Positions 27,310 through 37,135 are shown, counted from the stretch's first letter. The stretch is 64,000 bases of DNA from Rickettsiales bacterium (GCA_024304995.1 JAMWZD010000002.1:647740-711739); one strand, 5' to 3'. Translations and numbers: made by a program. Notes: generated by a model not told the origin, from the letters alone.

Positions 27310-30300
27310 ATGTCACATACACAAACTTATATTGATGCGCTTGCAAAAGAATATGATTCAGGCAAAGCAACGGAACATTCTTATCGCAGAGCGCTTCAGG
27401 ATTATCTCGAAGCCTTGCTAGAAGGCATTCATGCAATTAACGAACCAAAACCTCAGGCATGGGGTGCGCCAGATTACTTATTGTTCAAGGATCGTAATGG
27501 AGAGCGTATTCCTGTTGGCTATATTGAAGCAAAAGATGTGGATAAAGGGCTAAACGCGGTAGAAAAATCATCGCAAATGAAGCGCTATCTTGAAAGGCTG
27601 GATAATATAATTTTAACTGATTATTTCGAATTCCGTTTTTTCAGATATCAGGAGAAAGTGGCTACCGTACGCATTGCAGAAACAGGTGAATTTTTTGGCG
27701 ATGGCGCATCTGTCAGACCATTGCGTGCAGAATTTGAAAAGCTGGAAACCTTGCTTGAAAATTTTGTTGAATTTAAAGGGCAGACCATTAAATCACCCAT
27801 GGAACTAGCAAAGCGCATGGCAAATAAGGCGAAGATGATGCGTGAGGTGTTCTTCAACTCGCTGACTGATACACAATATCGCGCAAGCAGCTTATATGAC
27901 CAGTTTAAAGCTTTTCAGCAAATATTAATTCATGATATGGACGAAGCGCAATTTGCAGACGTTTATTCCCAGACGGTTGCTTATGGGTTATTTACTGCAC
28001 GCTTACATGACACAACGTTGGAAGATTTCAGCCGAGCCGAAGCACGTGATCTTATTCCGCGTTCCAACCCTTTCCTAAGGCAGTTATTTGACTATGTCTG
28101 CGGCGCAAATCTAGAAGAGGACTTAAAATGGATTGTTGATGAATTGTGTGAAGTATTTTTAGCCACAGATGTGAACAACATTATGCTGAATTTTGGGAGA
28201 AAATCAGGAAGGGAAGATCCTGTCATACATTTCTATGAAGACTTTTTGAAAGAGTATGATTCCGAAACACGAAAAAGCCGTGGCGTGTGGTACACGCCAG
28301 AGGCGGTGGTGAATTTCATCGTGCGCGGGGTGGATGAGGTGCTGAAAACGCATTTTGGGTTGGCAGAAGGACTGGCAGACACCTCCAAAGTGACGATTGA
28401 AGAGGACATCCCCGCAACGGATAAACGACGAAAAGACGGCATTGCCAAGCGCAAAGTGGATGTTCACCGTGTGCAGTTGCTGGATGTGGCAGCAGGCACA
28501 GGCACATTCACGGCAGAAGCCATACGGCAGATTCATGCGCGTTTCAAAGGGCAGGAGGGGCTGTGGAATGCATATGTGGAAAGTGATTTGCTGCCCCGCC
28601 TGCATGGCTTTGAAATTTTGATGGCATCCTATGCTATGTGCCATTTGAAAATTGACTTGTTGCTGCGCGAATTGGGATATGTTCCACAAAAAAGCAGCGG
28701 TCAAAAGCGTCTTGGAGTCTATCTCACCAATGCGCTGGAAGAACACCACCCTGAAACGGGGACATTGTTCGCGCAATGGCTGGCGCATGAAGCCAATGCT
28801 GCCAACCGCATCAAAAAAGAAATGCCGATTATGGTAGCCTATGGCAACCCGCCATATTCCGTGTCCTCTCAGAATAAAGGGGAGTGGATACAAAATCTTA
28901 TTGCAGATTACAAAGCAGGATTGAAAGAAAAGAAGCTCAACCTTGATGACGATTACATCAAATTTTTTCGCTATGCACAGCATTATATTGAGCGCACAGG
29001 CAAGGGCGTGGTGGCGATGATCACCAATAATTCGTACCTCGATGGGGTCACGCACCGACAGATGCGCAAGCATTTACTACAGACCTTTGACCATATCTAT
29101 ATTATAGATTTGCATGGCAGCGCCAAGAAAAAGGAAACCGCGCCAGATGGCTCGCGCGATGTGAATGTGTTTGACATTCAGCAGGGCGTGGCAATTGCCA
29201 TATGCGTGAAAGATGGCAGCAAAGGGGCAGGGGAGCTGGCAACATTGTGGCATAAGGATATGTATGGCGCACGCAAAGACAAATATCGCCGTTTGCATAG
29301 TGAAACGTTAGCGCAGGATGGTTATGATGCGCTGGAGACACCAAAACCCTATTATTTCTTCGTGCCGAAAGATTTTGCAGCGCAGGAGGAATATGAAAAA
29401 GGGTTTGGCGTGGCGGAATTGTTTGGGGTGTATGGTTCTGGTATTAAAACTGAACGTGACAAAGTTTGTGTACATCATACTAAGCAGGGTATTGAAAATG
29501 CCGTCTTCAATTTTTTAGAAGGTCACGATGATAAGATTAAAAAACTATATTCCTTGAAAAAAGATAGCAGAGATTGGACTTTACAAGGCGCAAAGAACGA
29601 CTTGTTAAATCACAAAGACATGAATCTTTTTACAAAGATTTTATACAGACCATTTGATTTTCGTTTTACTTATTATACTGGAACAACTAGAGGTTTTATG
29701 GGAACTCCTGGGAGGAAGATAGGAAACCATTTTAGAGAAGAGAATTATGGAATAATCTTGTCGCGAACAGTTTACGGTTCTGAAGATTGGCGAGATATTC
29801 AAATAACAAACTCTATCGTAGAATTTGGAATTATGGCGACTAGAGTTGGTAACACTGCACCTGTATTCCCCCTCTACCTCTACCCCACCCATGACGAGGC
29901 GCAAGCCTCGCTGGAAGATGCCGCGGCAGAGAGAGGAGGTCAGGAGACCGACTCAGCCTTGAGCGTGAGCGAAGCGAACCGCCCATTGCGCAGCTCAGGA
30001 GAGCGGAGCAGGGGCAATCATAAAAATCGCCGCCCCAACCTGAATGAGCGCATCATCAGGCGTTTGGCGAAGAAGCTGGGGCTGACCTTCATTCCAGACC
30101 ATGAAAATAAAAGTAACCATGACTGTGCATCCTTCACCCCGCTGGATGTGCTGGATTATATTTATGCGGTGTTGCACAGCCCAACCTATCGTGAGACCTA
30201 TAAAGAGTTTCTCAAGATAGACTTTCCCCGCATCCCATACCCCGCAACTGCCGAGCAATTCTGGCAGTTGGTGGCGCTGGGCGGTCAGGTGCGGCAACTG

Positions 30301-30639
30301 CATCTGCTGGAACATGCAGATCTAAGCACCCCCATCACCACGTTTCCAGAAAGCGGGGATTGCATGGTGGACACTATCAGCAAAACCAGCTTTCAGGAAA
30401 CCGAAGCAGGGTGCGGCAAAGTGAGCATCAATGAGACGCAATATTTCGGCAATGTGCCGCGCATTGCATGGGAATTTTTCATCGGAGGCTATCAACCCGC
30501 CCAAAAATGGCTCAAAGACCGCAAGGGCAGGGAGCTATCAACTGACGACATCCGCCATTATCAAAAAATTATTGTAGCGTTGATGCGCACACATGAAGTG
30601 ATGCAGGACATTGACAAAGTCTGGAAAGCTGCCCCATAA
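27310..30639 (+). CDS. Single-polypeptide restriction-modification enzyme: Type IIG-like N6-adenine DNA methyltransferase with an N-terminal PD-ExK-like module and a type ISP-like C-terminal specificity region
   Basis: N-terminus 'TEHSYRRAL...GAPDYLLF...VGYIEAKD' is PD...E-x-K-like. SAM motif 'LLDVAAGTGTF'. Catalytic 'GNPPYS'. No helicase/ATPase motifs seen. Confidence 0.75.
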   Translation: MSHTQTYIDALAKEYDSGKATEHSYRRALQDYLEALLEGIHAINEPKPQAWGAPDYLLFKDRNGERIPVGYIEAKDVDKGLNAVEKSSQMKRYLERLDNIILTDYFEFRFFRYQEKVATVRIAETGEFFGDGASVRPLRAEFEKLETLLENFVEFKGQTIKSPMELAKRMANKAKMMREVFFNSLTDTQYRASSLYDQFKAFQQILIHDMDEAQFADVYSQTVAYGLFTARLHDTTLEDFSRAEARDLIPRSNPFLRQLFDYVCGANLEEDLKWIVDELCEVFLATDVNNIMLNFGRKSGREDPVIHFYEDFLKEYDSETRKSRGVWYTPEAVVNFIVRGVDEVLKTHFGLAEGLADTSKVTIEEDIPATDKRRKDGIAKRKVDVHRVQLLDVAAGTGTFTAEAIRQIHARFKGQEGLWNAYVESDLLPRLHGFEILMASYAMCHLKIDLLLRELGYVPQKSSGQKRLGVYLTNALEEHHPETGTLFAQWLAHEANAANRIKKEMPIMVAYGNPPYSVSSQNKGEWIQNLIADYKAGLKEKKLNLDDDYIKFFRYAQHYIERTGKGVVAMITNNSYLDGVTHRQMRKHLLQTFDHIYIIDLHGSAKKKETAPDGSRDVNVFDIQQGVAIAICVKDGSKGAGELATLWHKDMYGARKDKYRRLHSETLAQDGYDALETPKPYYFFVPKDFAAQEEYEKGFGVAELFGVYGSGIKTERDKVCVHHTKQGIENAVFNFLEGHDDKIKKLYSLKKDSRDWTLQGAKNDLLNHKDMNLFTKILYRPFDFRFTYYTGTTRGFMGTPGRKIGNHFREENYGIILSRTVYGSEDWRDIQITNSIVEFGIMATRVGNTAPVFPLYLYPTHDEAQASLEDAAAERGGQETDSALSVSEANRPLRSSGERSRGNHKNRRPNLNERIIRRLAKKLGLTFIPDHENKSNHDCASFTPLDVLDYIYAVLHSPTYRETYKEFLKIDFPRIPYPATAEQFWQLVALGGQVRQLHLLEHADLSTPITTFPESGDCMVDTISKTSFQETEAGCGKVSINETQYFGNVPRIAWEFFIGGYQPAQKWLKDRKGRELSTDDIRHYQKIIVALMRTHEVMQDIDKVWKAAP

Positions 30640-30844
30640 ACCACATACATCATCACCGCACCACAGCAATATGTCTGCACGTTCTTGCGTATATTCTGTG
30701 TGGTTATAAGCCTGGTCTTTAATGGATATTCACCATCAATAAGCTGGCATATTGTTACGTCTGGTTTAATGCGTAACAACACTCACACGAAGAAATATAT
30801 CCTCACTAAGGGTTCTATAAGGGATTTTCTGACAGGAGGGTAAC

Positions 30845-30873
30845 GAGGAACAATGTTATGGTGACCCCTACGG
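30845..30873. repeat. Distal att direct repeat (tRNA-Glu 3'-end duplicate)
   Basis: gaggaacaatgttatggtgacccctacgg here versus gaggaacagttttatggtgacccctacgg at 41782-41810. The exact 18-bp core is ttatggtgacccctacgg. Confidence 0.8.
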
Positions 30874-30997
30874 AATCAAAACTGACTTTTTATGTGTTTG
30901 AAACAAAAAGACTTTGTGTAAATCTACAAAAGAAATGCTACAGTTCCAGCTGCTCATTTTATTCAATGCCTGTGAACTGTAGCGAACGTAATCTGCT

Positions 30998-33900
30998 TTA
31001 AAACTCAAAATCACTATCTGACAATATTCCTCTGTAATCTCCATCCAATGCCAGATCAAAGTTTGAGAAATCATCTCGTAAGTAAGTTTGATCACTGTCA
31101 CTACTATAAGTGACGCGCAAAAGACCTGGCTGCGCTGTTCCTTCTGTGATGCCAGTGAATCCAAAACCTAGAATGAAGATAATGTCACTGCCAGCTTCAA
31201 AGTCAATAATGCGGTCTGGGCTGTCTTTTAATGTGTCTTGTGCGCTATTGAAAATGAAGTTATCTCTTCCTTCATCACCGCGTAACACATCCTGACCATT
31301 GCCGCCGAAAATGTGGTCGTTGCCCGAACCGCCAATGATAGTGTCATTACCTTCTTCTCCCATAAGCAGATCATTGCCGTCGTACCCACTGATATAGTCA
31401 TCACCATTCCAGCCATAAGCACTGTCATCACCTGATCCTGCTAAAATTCGGTCATTGCCATCGTCACCGCCTAATAGGTCATCTCCAGCATGTCCTTCAA
31501 GCAGGTCATTGCCTGTCCAGCCCCAGATCGTATCATTTCCAGCATTGCCATATAATGCATCATTTCCAGCATCACCATAAAGCAAATCATCGCCAGCATT
31601 GCCTTTTAATTTGTCATGACCATCACCACCATGCATTGTATCATCACCATTTGCCCCGAGCAAAGTGTCTTTTCCAGCATCACCATAGGCTATGCCTGAA
31701 TCCCATAACTGGATTTTATCGTTTGATGAGTTTGCTGGTGTTTCATCAACAGTGCTGTCCTCGCCTGAAATTGTGTCTTCGTTATCATTTTCTGCTTCGG
31801 CATTATCACCGCCAGAAACAGTGTCTTCTACGACTTCTTCTTCAATAACTTCATTTACTGTGACAGAAATAGACGCAGTGCTTTCCAGTTCACCATCTGA
31901 AATAGTATAGCTGAATGTATCAACACCGCTGAACCCTTCATTTGGCGTGTAGCTTAGTGTGTTGTCAGAATTGATAATAACAGAGCCATTTGCAGGTATG
32001 CCAACTGCAACAATATTTAGTGAATCGTTATCAACATCACTATCATTTGCAAGTGCATCAATAGTTATAGCGGTACTTTCATTTGTCTCTATTGTATCAT
32101 TACCAGCAACAGGCGCATCATTCACACCATTTATTGTAATGTTTACAGTAGCTGGTTCACTGATGGTTTCTCCATCGGTTATCGTGTATGTGAATGTATC
32201 AGTTGCTGTTTCCCCTGCTTTTAAGGCATTAAATGCGTTATTGGGATTGTAGGTGAATGTTCCATCGCCGTTATCTGTAAGTAAACCCTTTAAGTTTTCG
32301 TTATTGATGGTAGAGATTATAACTAAATTATTAACGTAAGAGTCATTTTCTAATACAGACTTTGTTATAAAAAATTTATCAGCGTCTGTTTTAAATCCTA
32401 TACCATTATCGCTGATCGGCTGTTGTATATTATCAGCTTCAGTATTAGTTCCAGAGTCGTTTGTAATGCTATCATCATCTTTGTTAGAATTATCGTTATC
32501 ATCTATGTTATTGTCTCTGACAGTAATATAAACGAAAGCTGAATCAATTAATTTTCCATCAGATACTTCATAAATGAAAAAATCTTCTCCTGCAAAATCT
32601 CTTGTGGGTATATAAGATATAGTGTTGTTAGTGTTTATTATAGCTTTACCATTACGAGGATTTGATAGGGCATTGATTTTTAGCATGTCATTATCAACAT
32701 CAGAATCATTACCAAGAATATTTAATATTATTTCAGTATTCGAAAATACTGTAATATTATCTTCTATAGCATTAGGACGATCGTTAACACCATTAATTTT
32801 AATTGTAACCGTAGCATCATTACTCGTATATGTTCCATCTGAAATCTGATAAGTAAATTGTTCTGTAACAAATTCACCTTCTTTCAAAGACTTTAAGGTT
32901 TCATCTGGTATGTAATGAAAGATCCCGCTATTGCTTGGTTCAAATAATTCTCCTATTAGACCACTTGCATTATAGCCGCTTATAAAAATTTCATCCTCAT
33001 TTGCATCGCTGTCATTATCTAGTACCGATTTCGTAAATAATATTGCATTTGCATCAACAATATAACCAGTTCCAGCATCGTCAGTTGCTATTGGAGGTAC
33101 GTTCTTTAGGTCCTCTGTTATTGCAAGAATTTCTGCAAAAGTATATTCCTCTCCATCAGCAAATTTAAATTTCTGTATAGCATAGTCAATGTCTGATCTT
33201 AACTGATCATGTATTTTTATTTTTTCGCCACTAGATAATGTTATCAATAAATCAAACCTATTTCCATCAGGTTCTATTGGATCATCAATTGCTTTAAAAG
33301 ATACATTATCTTTTATTATATTATCGGCAAACAATAAAGTTTTATCACTATCACCACCAGTATGTTTCGGATCTATAAACCCCCCATCCATTTCTTTTGC
33401 AAAATAATAAGTGTGAAAATCAAAATCACCTTTGAAAGAAAAATCTTGGTAAAAGCTTTCTGAAACTTCAGTTGATCCACTCCATCCTGCACTTTGACCG
33501 ACTAGTAATGGAGAATCCTTGATTCTTGTATGCAGACTGTAACCACTAATATCTTTAATTTCAAAATCATCTAAATAAGATATTGGAATTACAGAACCAT
33601 AACCTTGCCAAACACTATCTCCTGTAATACTAAGATTTACTCGTTCAAATTTGCCACCTAAAAAATTATTACTGTCTGGTGATTCTTCAAAGACTATAAA
33701 TAAAATTCCATTCTTAGTTGGACCAGAAGAAATTCTTCCATTAACAAGATCAATCGACTCACCATTAACTGTTAACCTTCCAGAGAGATTACCATCATAA
33801 CTACCTTGAGTAGTTCCATAAAGTAAATCATATGAATATTCCAAAGAAGCTGGAACAAAAATAGGATCATTACCATAACCAATATTTATATTTGTAGAAA

Positions 33901-35386
33901 AAATAAAATCAAATTCTTTGGATGACCCATCGTCTTCCATATAAATTCCATAATCGCCGTTGTTCCAACGTTCAAGAGTGATTTGATCATTAGATTTACT
34001 AAATACCAAATCATTTCCAGCTAGTGAAACCTCATAACTACCGATTAGATTTTCATCTTCTTTTAAAGTAATTCCTTTAAATTCTTTTCCATCTAACCAT
34101 AATACATCATCGCCATTCAATTCACTGATAGTATCGTCTCCGTGTCCAACATCAAAAATATATGTGTCATCACCTAAGCCACCATACAAAAAATCATCTC
34201 CTTTTCCGCCTATCAGAATGTCATTGTCATTACCACCAACCAGAGCGTCATTCAATTCTCCCCCTGTAAGTTCATCATTACCATCAAATCCGACGAGGTA
34301 ATTTGAAAAATCCAAATTATTTTCAACTTGTTCTTTTGGTAATATATGAGAGATGTCGAGCTTGTCAGCTAAATCACTCCCCAACACAATTAAATTATCA
34401 ACTTCTTCACCATTTATCGTTGGCAATACAGAAGCCATTGGTACATTTATTCCAAAATCTGTAACTTCTGATATTGCAAGTGTATAATTGTCGTTATTAT
34501 TTTCTAAATCATTTCCCCAAGTACCAGAATATGGAGTTAAAATTTGCTGCACTGGTAGGGTAACTTCAGTCGAACCAAAAATTTTCAGTGGTAATGCGAA
34601 CAATGTGTTGTTAGTGTTTAGAGGATTGATAACCGCTTCTTTGCCGTCTGATAAAGTTCTCAATAGCGCGTCATTTCTAAAAAATTGTGTTTCAATTTGC
34701 GCTGCTGCTAAATCCTCTTTTGATATATCAAGCACATCAATAATTTGCTGGAAGATAGTTTGAAATGGTACAAAATCATATTTTAAATCTTCGAATCCAA
34801 TATCAATGTTTATTTTGTCTGATAAAATTATATCTACATTTTCTTTAATTGCCATATCCAAAAATTGGTTGATATTTAAAATTGGAACATTTTTGCTGAT
34901 TCCATTTTCAAATATTAGTCCAGCTTTGACTGTATTTTCATTTTGTGTTGTCAAAGTTAATGTGTGTTTATCTGTTAAATACTCAAAAGTATCATCTACT
35001 ATTGGTTCGACAAAAGATGAATATGCAACAGACACTGTGCTTGCCACACCTACTGCTATTGCAACGGCAACAATTGTGCTAGCACCAATAGGTGTTAAAG
35101 CTGTTGTTAAAATAGCTGCTGCTATACCAGTTGCGATATCATCAATTATAGCTGTTCCTATTGAAATATTTCCATCACCATATAAAATATCGACAGTTTC
35201 CTCAACAGCTTGTGATATGGGGGAGCTTTTAGCCAAAAATTTAAGTGACGTAGTGCCATTCTTTTTCAACTCATCAAGCTCTAGATATTTATTTAAAGCA
35301 CCTTCTAAAACAGAAAATCCATTGCCAATTTTGCTAATTTCATCATTTGCAAGAAGTGGAGCTTTGTAAAAATGCAGAGATCCCAT
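30998..35386 (-). CDS. Giant RTX / cadherin-like repeat protein (1462 aa), putative type I secretion substrate or adhesin
   Basis: Four cadherin-like modules ('...NDSDVDND...FTYTI(S/T)DG...INGVNDAP'). An early RTX block 'GGNDNDILIGGKGDDFLYGGLGDD'. A C-terminal run of GxxGxD nonapeptides 'GNAGDDLLYGDAGNDALYGNAGNDTIWG...'. The protein ends '...LSDSDFEF'. Visibly AT-rich. Confidence 0.85.
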   Translation of the reverse strand: MGSLHFYKAPLLANDEISKIGNGFSVLEGALNKYLELDELKKNGTTSLKFLAKSSPISQAVEETVDILYGDGNISIGTAIIDDIATGIAAAILTTALTPIGASTIVAVAIAVGVASTVSVAYSSFVEPIVDDTFEYLTDKHTLTLTTQNENTVKAGLIFENGISKNVPILNINQFLDMAIKENVDIILSDKINIDIGFEDLKYDFVPFQTIFQQIIDVLDISKEDLAAAQIETQFFRNDALLRTLSDGKEAVINPLNTNNTLFALPLKIFGSTEVTLPVQQILTPYSGTWGNDLENNNDNYTLAISEVTDFGINVPMASVLPTINGEEVDNLIVLGSDLADKLDISHILPKEQVENNLDFSNYLVGFDGNDELTGGELNDALVGGNDNDILIGGKGDDFLYGGLGDDTYIFDVGHGDDTISELNGDDVLWLDGKEFKGITLKEDENLIGSYEVSLAGNDLVFSKSNDQITLERWNNGDYGIYMEDDGSSKEFDFIFSTNINIGYGNDPIFVPASLEYSYDLLYGTTQGSYDGNLSGRLTVNGESIDLVNGRISSGPTKNGILFIVFEESPDSNNFLGGKFERVNLSITGDSVWQGYGSVIPISYLDDFEIKDISGYSLHTRIKDSPLLVGQSAGWSGSTEVSESFYQDFSFKGDFDFHTYYFAKEMDGGFIDPKHTGGDSDKTLLFADNIIKDNVSFKAIDDPIEPDGNRFDLLITLSSGEKIKIHDQLRSDIDYAIQKFKFADGEEYTFAEILAITEDLKNVPPIATDDAGTGYIVDANAILFTKSVLDNDSDANEDEIFISGYNASGLIGELFEPSNSGIFHYIPDETLKSLKEGEFVTEQFTYQISDGTYTSNDATVTIKINGVNDRPNAIEDNITVFSNTEIILNILGNDSDVDNDMLKINALSNPRNGKAIINTNNTISYIPTRDFAGEDFFIYEVSDGKLIDSAFVYITVRDNNIDDNDNSNKDDDSITNDSGTNTEADNIQQPISDNGIGFKTDADKFFITKSVLENDSYVNNLVIISTINNENLKGLLTDNGDGTFTYNPNNAFNALKAGETATDTFTYTITDGETISEPATVNITINGVNDAPVAGNDTIETNESTAITIDALANDSDVDNDSLNIVAVGIPANGSVIINSDNTLSYTPNEGFSGVDTFSYTISDGELESTASISVTVNEVIEEEVVEDTVSGGDNAEAENDNEDTISGEDSTVDETPANSSNDKIQLWDSGIAYGDAGKDTLLGANGDDTMHGGDGHDKLKGNAGDDLLYGDAGNDALYGNAGNDTIWGWTGNDLLEGHAGDDLLGGDDGNDRILAGSGDDSAYGWNGDDYISGYDGNDLLMGEEGNDTIIGGSGNDHIFGGNGQDVLRGDEGRDNFIFNSAQDTLKDSPDRIIDFEAGSDIIFILGFGFTGITEGTAQPGLLRVTYSSDSDQTYLRDDFSNFDLALDGDYRGILSDSDFEF
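31850..33110 (-). repeat. Array of four cadherin-like (~100 aa) modules within the giant gene; diverged at the DNA level
   Basis: The repeated protein pattern is (P/A)xAxxD ... NDSDxxxD ... (F/Y)xYx(I/V)SDG ... (I/V)xVxxVN(D/E). Confidence 0.5.
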
Positions 35387-35618
35387 ATATCACCCAAGTT
35401 TCTTTTATTAATTTTTGTATAATTGTTTAGTCTGAAATACAATTAAAATAAATACATAATGTCCTAGTTTGATAATTTATTTTTTGCTTAAGGTTTTACT
35501 CCAGTATGAATTCTTTCTAAGAATATTTACAGACTAGCCATAGCATTGAAGAATAACTTTAGTTCGCAGCCGTAATTACAGACCTGCTGCTTTCAACGCT
35601 GCAAATTTGTTAAAATCT

Positions 35619-35879
35619 CTAGTCTTCTGCTTCTATGCCCTGCCTTACGGCAAGAATAACTTTGTCTGCATCAATTTCTAATGCGTCACATATATTGATA
35701 AATTCAATAACATCTAATCTGCGTTCTCCGCCTTCATATTTAGCAACAAATGACTGTGGTTTACTGATTCGAGTTGCCAGTTGCTGTTGTGTCAAACCCG
35801 CATTGCGCCTTGCTTGTATCAAGTGGCTTTGCAGTAACTGTGACTGTTTTGAATGTATGGTTTTCTTCAAAATACGCAA
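35619..35879 (-). CDS. XRE-family helix-turn-helix transcriptional regulator (86 aa)
   Basis: 'IQARRNAGLTQQQLATRISKPQSFVAKYEGGERRLDVIEF' is a typical Cro/C1-type HTH. Confidence 0.8.
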   Translation of the reverse strand: MRILKKTIHSKQSQLLQSHLIQARRNAGLTQQQLATRISKPQSFVAKYEGGERRLDVIEFINICDALEIDADKVILAVRQGIEAED

Positions 35880-35910
35880 CTTATGGATTGAATTTGTGCG
35901 TATTGATGGT

Positions 35911-35946
35911 TAATCCTGTAATCGGATTATCCCAAAATAGGATTAA
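35911..35946. promoter_or_regulatory. Operator-like repeats in the XRE / GIY-YIG divergent intergenic region
   Basis: taatcc-N7-ggatta palindrome (35911-35929), with further ggatt copies at 35885-35889 and 35940-35944. Confidence 0.3.
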
Positions 35947-35948
35947 AT

Positions 35949-36668
35949 ATGTTCACATCAGAAATATGCGAAGCATTGCAATATTATGTATATCGTTTGA
36001 TTGATCCGCGTAATGGTGAAACATTTTATGTTGCTAAAGGTAAAAATAACCGTGTGTTTGAACATGCAAAAGGTGAGGCGGATGCTGTTGAAGTAGCAAT
36101 AAGCCAAAAAATTGAACGCATACGTGACATACGCATTTCAGGTTTTGATGTTGGTCATGTGATTCACCGTCATGGGCTAAATAAAGATACTGCTTATGAA
36201 GTGGAGGCCGCTTTGATTGGTGTCTATCCTGCAACCACCAATATTATGTCTGGTCATTATTCTGGTGAACGTGGTGTGATGCACTCAAGACAAATCATTG
36301 AGCAATATCAGGCAGACGAAATTATATTTTATCATGACGTAATGCTTATCAATATTGGCGTGTCAGCATTGCAGCATTCAGCTATTTATGAAGCGGTACG
36401 CTATGCATGGAAAATAGACGTTACACGTGCGCGTAAAGCGCAATATATACTGGCGGTGTGTAGCGGTTTGGTTGTCGGTGTGTTCGTACCAGAAATATGG
36501 CTGGAAGCGACCACAGAACATTTTCCTGACCGCGAATCGAAACAGGGCAGGTGGGGTTTCATTGGCTGTGATGCACCAAGCGATATTACAAAAACCTATC
36601 TGAGAAAACGTGTGCCATCATCTATGCGAAAGAAAGGCTCTGCCAATCCTATTCGCTATAGTTATTAA
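35949..36668 (+). CDS. GIY-YIG nuclease-family protein (239 aa)
   Basis: N-terminus 'YYVYRLIDPRNGETFYVAKGKNNRVFEH' has the GIY...YIG spacing with downstream R and E. Confidence 0.7.
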   Translation: MFTSEICEALQYYVYRLIDPRNGETFYVAKGKNNRVFEHAKGEADAVEVAISQKIERIRDIRISGFDVGHVIHRHGLNKDTAYEVEAALIGVYPATTNIMSGHYSGERGVMHSRQIIEQYQADEIIFYHDVMLINIGVSALQHSAIYEAVRYAWKIDVTRARKAQYILAVCSGLVVGVFVPEIWLEATTEHFPDRESKQGRWGFIGCDAPSDITKTYLRKRVPSSMRKKGSANPIRYSY

Positions 36669-37135
36669 AAATCAAGATAATCCGAATCAGTCAAAATAGC
36701 TTTGCGTTGTTGCTCAATGAGTGACGCCATCGTTTTTGCTTCATTTGGTGTTAGTTGCCCTGTGCTAACAGATTGCAATAAATTATCTAATGCTGGCACT
36801 ATATCATGAATCTCGCTGATATTGTCCAAATCAAACAAAATTGGTGTGTCTTTGCGTGGCGGATAAATACGCTCCATCACCAGTTTAATTGCATTCATAT
36901 CACCAGCTTTGGCGCGTTCGACCACTTTGCGTGTAATGGTTTCAGCTTCTTCATCTATCAGTGTCATCATTGCCAGTGTTGTTTTGTTTCGACTGCCTTT
37001 CGGTCTGCCGTTTGGATTGCCTGATGTTCCTTTCTTAAATGGCTTCCCACGCTGTTTTTTCGCTGTATTAACAGTAAAACTATCATCAAAATCCATGTGT
37101 GTATCCTTGATATATGTGCTTCGGACAATGGACAA
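36665..37135 (-). CDS. DUF5681-like phage/island protein (156 aa)
   Basis: 'KGTSGNPNGRPKGSRNK' motif, recalled from DUF5681-type proteins. Confidence 0.5.
   Translation of the reverse strand: MSIVRSTYIKDTHMDFDDSFTVNTAKKQRGKPFKKGTSGNPNGRPKGSRNKTTLAMMTLIDEEAETITRKVVERAKAGDMNAIKLVMERIYPPRKDTPILFDLDNISEIHDIVPALDNLLQSVSTGQLTPNEAKTMASLIEQQRKAILTDSDYLDF

Noticed and set aside
28204-29073. 289-aa ORF antisense to the R-M gene
   Set aside because: It lies entirely within, and opposite to, a well-supported 1109-aa CDS with clear methyltransferase motifs. The translation is Cys/His/Phe-rich junk.
3548-35386. Whether the repeated DNA in the two RTX genes could be a CRISPR array or a shared mobile repeat
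   Set aside because: The repeats are coding (cadherin-like modules and nonapeptides) and lack the regular short repeat/spacer structure. The two genes share protein motifs but no obvious nucleotide identity. No cas genes are present.
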